DNA of 64,000 nucleotides from Bacteroidales bacterium. Lineage in GTDB: Bacteria; Bacteroidota; Bacteroidia; Bacteroidales; CAIWKO01. Made by a program: the position numbers and the translations under genes. Each line of letters starts with the position of its first letter. The stretch's first letter is position 1. The notes under the pieces were generated by a model. It was not told the DNA's origin. It was given only the letters and a program-made list of their open reading frames with translations, and ran no database searches. The stretch lies in NCBI GenBank assembly GCA_035389045.1, contig DAOORA010000007.1, forward strand, positions 1-64,000. Direction: 5' to 3'. Positions 59,613 to 64,000 of this stretch are shown here, one piece after another.

Positions 59613-60701
59613 TTAAATTTCACCAGGGTTGGAAAAATACTTCTTCTTAAACCAAAAGGCCACGTTCACCAAACCAATCATCACAGGCACTTCCACCAGA
59701 GGTCCGATGACGGCAGCAAAAGCTTCGCCGGAACTCATCCCGAAAATAGCTATGGCTACTGCAATAGCCAGTTCAAAATTGTTACTGGCAGCGGTAAAAG
59801 ACAGTGTTACGGTTTGTTCGTATGTTGCGCCTATCTTTTTACTCATAAAGAAAGATGATAAGAACATGATCACAAAATACACCAGCAATGGTATGGCAAT
59901 CAGCACCACATCAAGAGGTATTTTAACAATGTATTCGCCTTTGAGCGAAAACATCACGATGATGTTGAACAGTAGCGCAATAAGTGTCAGTGGGCTTATT
60001 TTGGGGATGAATTTTGTATGATACCACTCTTTGCTTTTTACTCTTATAAGCAAAAATCTGGTCAGAAAGCCTGCAATAAAAGGAATACCCAGATAGATAA
60101 ATACACTTTGTGCTATCTGCCCGATAGTGATTTTTTCAACAGCATCATTGGTTGGTATGCCAAACCATCCGGGTAGTACAGCTATGAAAACGTAAGCATA
60201 TACCGAGAAAAACAACACCTGAAAAATAGAATTGAACGCCACAAGCCCTGCGGCATATTGTGTGTCGCCTTTTGCAAGGTCGTTCCATACAATAACCATG
60301 GCAATGCATCGTGCCAGCCCGATCATTATAATTCCATACATGTAGGGGAGGTTTGCGTTATTTTCTCCAGGAAACAGTTTGAAGAAAATAATGGCAAGGG
60401 CAAACATAAGCACCGGGCCAATGACCCAATTCTGAACCAACGAAAGACCAAGCACTTTCCAGTTGCGGAACACATCGCCAAGTTCTTCGTATTTCACTTT
60501 GGCAAGCGGAGGATACATCATCACAATAAGCCCGATAGCTATGGGTATGTTGGTTGTGCTTTCAGGAGAAGATTTGAGTGATTCCCAGAAATCAGCGATA
60601 GCAGGGAAAAAATATCCCGAAAGTACCCCGATGGCCATGGCAAGGAAAATCCACAGGGTAAGGTATCTGTCAAGAAATTTAAGTTTGGTGGTTGATGGCA
60701 T
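59613..60701 (-). CDS. acr3: Arsenite efflux transporter, ACR3 family
   Basis: [52 protein letters not shown]. Confidence 0.96.
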   Translation of the reverse strand: MPSTTKLKFLDRYLTLWIFLAMAIGVLSGYFFPAIADFWESLKSSPESTTNIPIAIGLIVMMYPPLAKVKYEELGDVFRNWKVLGLSLVQNWVIGPVLMFALAIIFFKLFPGENNANLPYMYGIIMIGLARCIAMVIVWNDLAKGDTQYAAGLVAFNSIFQVLFFSVYAYVFIAVLPGWFGIPTNDAVEKITIGQIAQSVFIYLGIPFIAGFLTRFLLIRVKSKEWYHTKFIPKISPLTLIALLFNIIVMFSLKGEYIVKIPLDVVLIAIPLLVYFVIMFLSSFFMSKKIGATYEQTVTLSFTAASNNFELAIAVAIAIFGMSSGEAFAAVIGPLVEVPVMIGLVNVAFWFKKKYFSNPGEI

Positions 60702-60716
60702 AATAATGATTTTTTG

Positions 60717-61553
60717 TTAGCAATCACAACCACAACAACATGTTATTGTTTTTTCTGCATAAACTGTAATGCTATAAATACCTGATTCGGATTTTTTATA
60801 TTCATTAAGTTTCGCGTTGTTCATATATTTTAATAAAATCTCATCTGGAACCGTGATACTCTTTTTTTTCTGTATATTTATATTTTTCAACCCTGCCTGT
60901 TCCATTATGTTGAGATAATCCTTGATCTGAATTGCGCCGGATACGCATCCGGCATACATCTCTGCCTCTTCTTTGATACTTTTTGGCAGTTCGCCTTCCA
61001 GAACCACATCGGAAACAGAAAGATGGCCGCCGGGTTTCAAAATCCTGTATATTTCTTTGAACGCTTTCTCTTTATCCGGTACAAGGTTCAGAACGCAGTT
61101 GCTCACTACAACATCAGCAACATTGGATGTAAGAGGCATTTTTTCAATATCTCCTAAGCGGAATTCCACATTTTTAAAGCCAAGTTTTTCAGTGTTTTCT
61201 TTTGCTTTTTTTATCATGGCTTCGGTCATATCTATACCGATTACCTTACCGGTTTCTCCAACGAGTTCGCGTGCTATAAAACAATCATTGCCTGCACCTG
61301 AACCCAAATCAACCACGGTATCGCCTTGTTTTATCTGCGCAAATTCAGTAGGTAATCCGCAGCCAAGTCCAAGGTCTGCATCGGGGTTATAACCTTTCAA
61401 ATGGTCGTATTTCTCACTGAAAACGGTGTAGTCAACGCCGCAGCATCCGCTCGTCCCGCAGCACGACGAGTCATTGTTCTCCTTGCTTTGTTCCGCAATG
61501 GCGCCATATTTTTCCTTGACGATTTCTTTTAATTTTTTGTTTTTATTGAACAT
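60717..61553 (-). CDS. arsM: Arsenite S-adenosylmethionine methyltransferase
   Basis: LGLGCGLP, VVDLGSGAG.D, VVVSNCVLNL, YAGCVSGA; Cys-rich termini. Confidence 0.95.
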   Translation of the reverse strand: MFNKNKKLKEIVKEKYGAIAEQSKENNDSSCCGTSGCCGVDYTVFSEKYDHLKGYNPDADLGLGCGLPTEFAQIKQGDTVVDLGSGAGNDCFIARELVGETGKVIGIDMTEAMIKKAKENTEKLGFKNVEFRLGDIEKMPLTSNVADVVVSNCVLNLVPDKEKAFKEIYRILKPGGHLSVSDVVLEGELPKSIKEEAEMYAGCVSGAIQIKDYLNIMEQAGLKNINIQKKKSITVPDEILLKYMNNAKLNEYKKSESGIYSITVYAEKTITCCCGCDC

Positions 61554-61580
61554 AAGTGTTTATTTTTTTGTTTGTTAAAA

Positions 61581-62114
61581 TTAATTTTTTGTGCCGGGAC
61601 AACAGGTATTGGTTTTTATGGAAACGGGCTCGAAAGTGGCCGTGCTGTCGGCCGGTCTGGGGCAGCATGAGGATTTAACGGTATCCGTTCCAGGGCAGCA
61701 GTTAATGTTATCGACTGACTTATTGTTACCAGAAATCAACGGATATGTCCATAAAATCACACACATGATTGTAATTATCCACAAAAAAGCTTTTGATTTT
61801 AAAAAGGATGGTTTCTTTTCATTCGTACAGCAATCTTTACTTTCAGGACTGTTGCCTGTTTCACAGCAGGCTTTTGGTTTGGGCTTATACGCTTGATAAA
61901 AAGCATAACCCAGGCTTAATACCGTCAGTGCAAGGAAAACGGGTGTGAGTTTATTTAAAAAACTCAGAGAAGCTCCCGAAATACCAATAAAACCAAGTAT
62001 TGCATAACTTCCGCAGCAACCGCTTAAAAAGCAGGCAGGACCGCAGGCACCACCGAAACAACTTAACAGCACTGCTCCTAAGCTTGAAAGTACTGAAATA
62101 ATTTTTGCTTTCAT
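61581..62114 (-). CDS. Cys-rich three-TM protein, MerT-like
   Basis: Hydrophobic segments with GCC, P.FL.LT..SLGYAFY.AY; 16 Cys including six CC pairs; start overlaps the arsC stop. Confidence 0.6.
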   Translation of the reverse strand: MKAKIISVLSSLGAVLLSCFGGACGPACFLSGCCGSYAILGFIGISGASLSFLNKLTPVFLALTVLSLGYAFYQAYKPKPKACCETGNSPESKDCCTNEKKPSFLKSKAFLWIITIMCVILWTYPLISGNNKSVDNINCCPGTDTVKSSCCPRPADSTATFEPVSIKTNTCCPGTKN

Positions 62115-62524
62115 TTAATGTTATTATAAAATGACGTTAGTTTTTCTTTTATCTCATCCCGTATCCGCCGGTAAACAGGCATTACTTCTTCTTTAGTTCC
62201 TTTGGCAGCGGCAGGATCATCAAATCCGATATGAAGGCGATGAGTTACTTTCCCTGTGAATATAGGGCAAACTGCTTTAGCGCCATCGCAAACAGTAATC
62301 ACATAATCAAAAGTATCGTTTAGAAAAATATCCACTTGTTTGGGATATTGAGTACTTATATCAGTACCAATTTCTGCCATTGCTTTTACTGCATAAGGAT
62401 TTACTTTCTGTTCAGCTTTGGTACCTGCCGAAAATACCTCCAGGTTTTGGTCAATTGACTTTAAAAACCCTTCAGCCATCTGGCTTCTGCAAGTGTTCCC
62501 TGTGCAAATTATCAAAATTTTCAT
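62111..62524 (-). CDS. arsC: Arsenate reductase, thioredoxin-coupled LMW-PTP type
   Basis: CTGNTCRSQMAEG, VITVC..A..CP, FDDP; ATG at 62524. Confidence 0.93.
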   Translation of the reverse strand: MKILIICTGNTCRSQMAEGFLKSIDQNLEVFSAGTKAEQKVNPYAVKAMAEIGTDISTQYPKQVDIFLNDTFDYVITVCDGAKAVCPIFTGKVTHRLHIGFDDPAAAKGTKEEVMPVYRRIRDEIKEKLTSFYNNIK

Positions 62525-62531
62525 AATGAAG

Positions 62532-62954
62532 TTATTTTGTTCTCGGTTTGAGCTGGCATACACACGAACCATCCAGCTTTTCCTTTGGGTTTATTAATAA
62601 TGGTAATCCGTCCCGTTCCCATTCAACTAAGCCGCCTGCCAGATTTGCAATGTTTTTAAAATTTTTTCCGGCAAGAAATATCATAGCTTCCTTGCTTCTA
62701 AGCCCGGCAGAATCAGCAATAATTACGGGTTTGTCGCCTGGTAATTCACTGAACTTTTCTGTAATCAGGCTAATGGGTAAGAAAATTGTTTTAGGCACGT
62801 CAAACTGTTTGTATCCTGTTAGTTCTTCTTCCCTCACATCAACAAGAATAGCATTATTTTGAGTTTCGTAATAGGCTTCTTTTGGAGTAAGGTTTAAAAA
62901 ACCGGCAGATTGAAACCCTGAAGATGCAAAAAATAATTTATTATTGCTATTCAT
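62532..62954 (-). CDS. Rhodanese-like domain protein with the active-site Cys replaced by Asp
   Basis: LVDVRE..E, IIADSAGLRS, NLAGGL.EW...GLP; C-terminal GSCVC. Confidence 0.8.
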   Translation of the reverse strand: MNSNNKLFFASSGFQSAGFLNLTPKEAYYETQNNAILVDVREEELTGYKQFDVPKTIFLPISLITEKFSELPGDKPVIIADSAGLRSKEAMIFLAGKNFKNIANLAGGLVEWERDGLPLLINPKEKLDGSCVCQLKPRTK

Positions 62955-63015
62955 TTAATACCCGAAATTAGGTTAAAAGCGAAATTATTAAATTTTGACA
63001 TACTCCAAGTTAGAT

Positions 63016-63414
63016 TTATTCAATAACATTACCTTTAATAGATAGAGTTACTGTTCCTGTTTCGGCATTCGATATTACAGTAATAGTTTTACTTATAATG
63101 CCGACTCTTTTCGTGTCATAAACCACTTTTATCACTCCGCTTTGACCAGGTATAATCGGGTCTTTGGGCCAGGTAGGGACAGTACACCCGCATGATGATT
63201 TTACATTGCTCAATATCAATGGTTCTTTACCTGTGTTTTTAAAAGTAAATTCACAAGTCCCGTCAGAACCCTGTTTTATAGTACCATAATCATGTACTAA
63301 TTTATCAAACGAAATAACAGGAGAATTTGTCTGAGGTTTATCTGCTTGTCCTTTAGCAACCATAATTGAAGCAAAAAAGAACAAACATAAAGTTAATAGT
63401 TTTGTAGTTTTCAT
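63016..63414 (-). CDS. Single-domain DUF1573 exported protein
   Basis: Signal peptide; HDYG, FKNTGKEPL, SSCGCT, PGQSG.I.V.YD. Confidence 0.88.
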   Translation of the reverse strand: MKTTKLLTLCLFFFASIMVAKGQADKPQTNSPVISFDKLVHDYGTIKQGSDGTCEFTFKNTGKEPLILSNVKSSCGCTVPTWPKDPIIPGQSGVIKVVYDTKRVGIISKTITVISNAETGTVTLSIKGNVIE

Positions 63415-63431
63415 GATAATTTTATTAAAAA

Positions 63432-64000
63432 TTAATTTACCAAATTTAATTGTGACATTTCGATTTTGGGATTATGGTGAAGTGTTTCAATTTTACCATC
63501 TATCAGGTGTATTTTCATTGTGCCGTATTCGGCTGCCTGAGGACTGTGCGTAACCATGACAATGGTCATTCCTTTTTCCCTGTTGATCTTTTTCAGTAAA
63601 TTCAGAATTTCAGATGAAAGGGAAGGATCAAGATTTCCGGTTGGTTCATCGGCTAAAATTAAGTCGGGTTCATTTATTAAAGCCCTTGCAATAGCTACCC
63701 TTTGTTGCTGACCGGCTGAAAGCTCTCTGGGATAATGTTTCTTCCTGTCTTCGAGACACACCAACTCCATTAATGCATTTGCTTTTTTTATTTTGTCCTT
63801 TTTTGAAAATTTTGAAATTGCCAAAGGAAGCATCACGTTTTCTAAAGCCGTAAGATATGGGATCAGGGCAAAACTTTGCATGACAAATCCCACATGGTTT
63901 TTTCTGAAGTCTGACAGGTGCCTGTCATTTGCATTATCAATGCGAAAATCATTGAAATAAATTTCTCCTGAAGTAGTTTTGATCAATCCCGCCAAAGAAA
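63432..64000 (-). CDS. ABC transporter ATP-binding protein, LolD/MacB-like (5' end outside window)
   Basis: GFVMQSF.L, LTALENV, LSAGQQQRVAIARAL, LILADEPTGNLD, VTH. Confidence 0.92.
   Translation of the reverse strand, partial: SLAGLIKTTSGEIYFNDFRIDNANDRHLSDFRKNHVGFVMQSFALIPYLTALENVMLPLAISKFSKKDKIKKANALMELVCLEDRKKHYPRELSAGQQQRVAIARALINEPDLILADEPTGNLDPSLSSEILNLLKKINREKGMTIVMVTHSPQAAEYGTMKIHLIDGKIETLHHNPKIEMSQLNLVN

Noticed and set aside
58391..63414. ars cluster inserted by recombination between the two DUF1573 genes
   Set aside because: The two genes are clearly diverged at DNA level and no direct repeats, integrase or att-like sites were seen

Overview
A 64 kb chromosomal segment from an anaerobic Bacteroidota organism, probably Bacteroidales-like (TAnnTTTG promoter elements, several T9SS C-terminal sorting domains, DUF1573 genes). 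Left to right it holds: (i) a ~2900 aa Cys/Thr/Gly-rich Ig-repeat T9SS adhesin split by a +1 frameshift in a G8 tract; (ii) a FeoB lacking its GTPase domain, an NSS transporter with a small partner gene, and a mosaic of nested palindromic repeats; (iii) T9SS cargo genes, lolA, ftsK and speA; (iv) an 18 kb three-gene cluster of giant secreted proteins carrying cohesin- and dockerin-like modules (LamG-repeat protein split by a 1-nt deletion, CARDB-repeat scaffold with no T9SS signal, thermolysin-type M4 protease); (v) a 10 kb redox locus placing an Stn/NfnABC-type and a classical NfnAB-type electron-bifurcating transhydrogenase side by side, linked by an uncharacterised 8-Cys domain found twice in a stand-alone gene and once fused to NfnB, followed by a 20-copy octamer repeat; (vi) a TMTC-like glycosyltransferase and miscellaneous genes; (vii) an arsenic-resistance cluster (arsC, arsM, acr3) with unusual Cys-rich and pseudo-rhodanese genes. 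No rRNA, tRNA, CRISPR array or intact transposase was seen. The best candidates for an undescribed system are the cohesin-dockerin protease cluster (23258-41649) and the dual transhydrogenase locus with the Cys8 domain (42310-52471). All calls come from reading motifs by eye; no database search was run.
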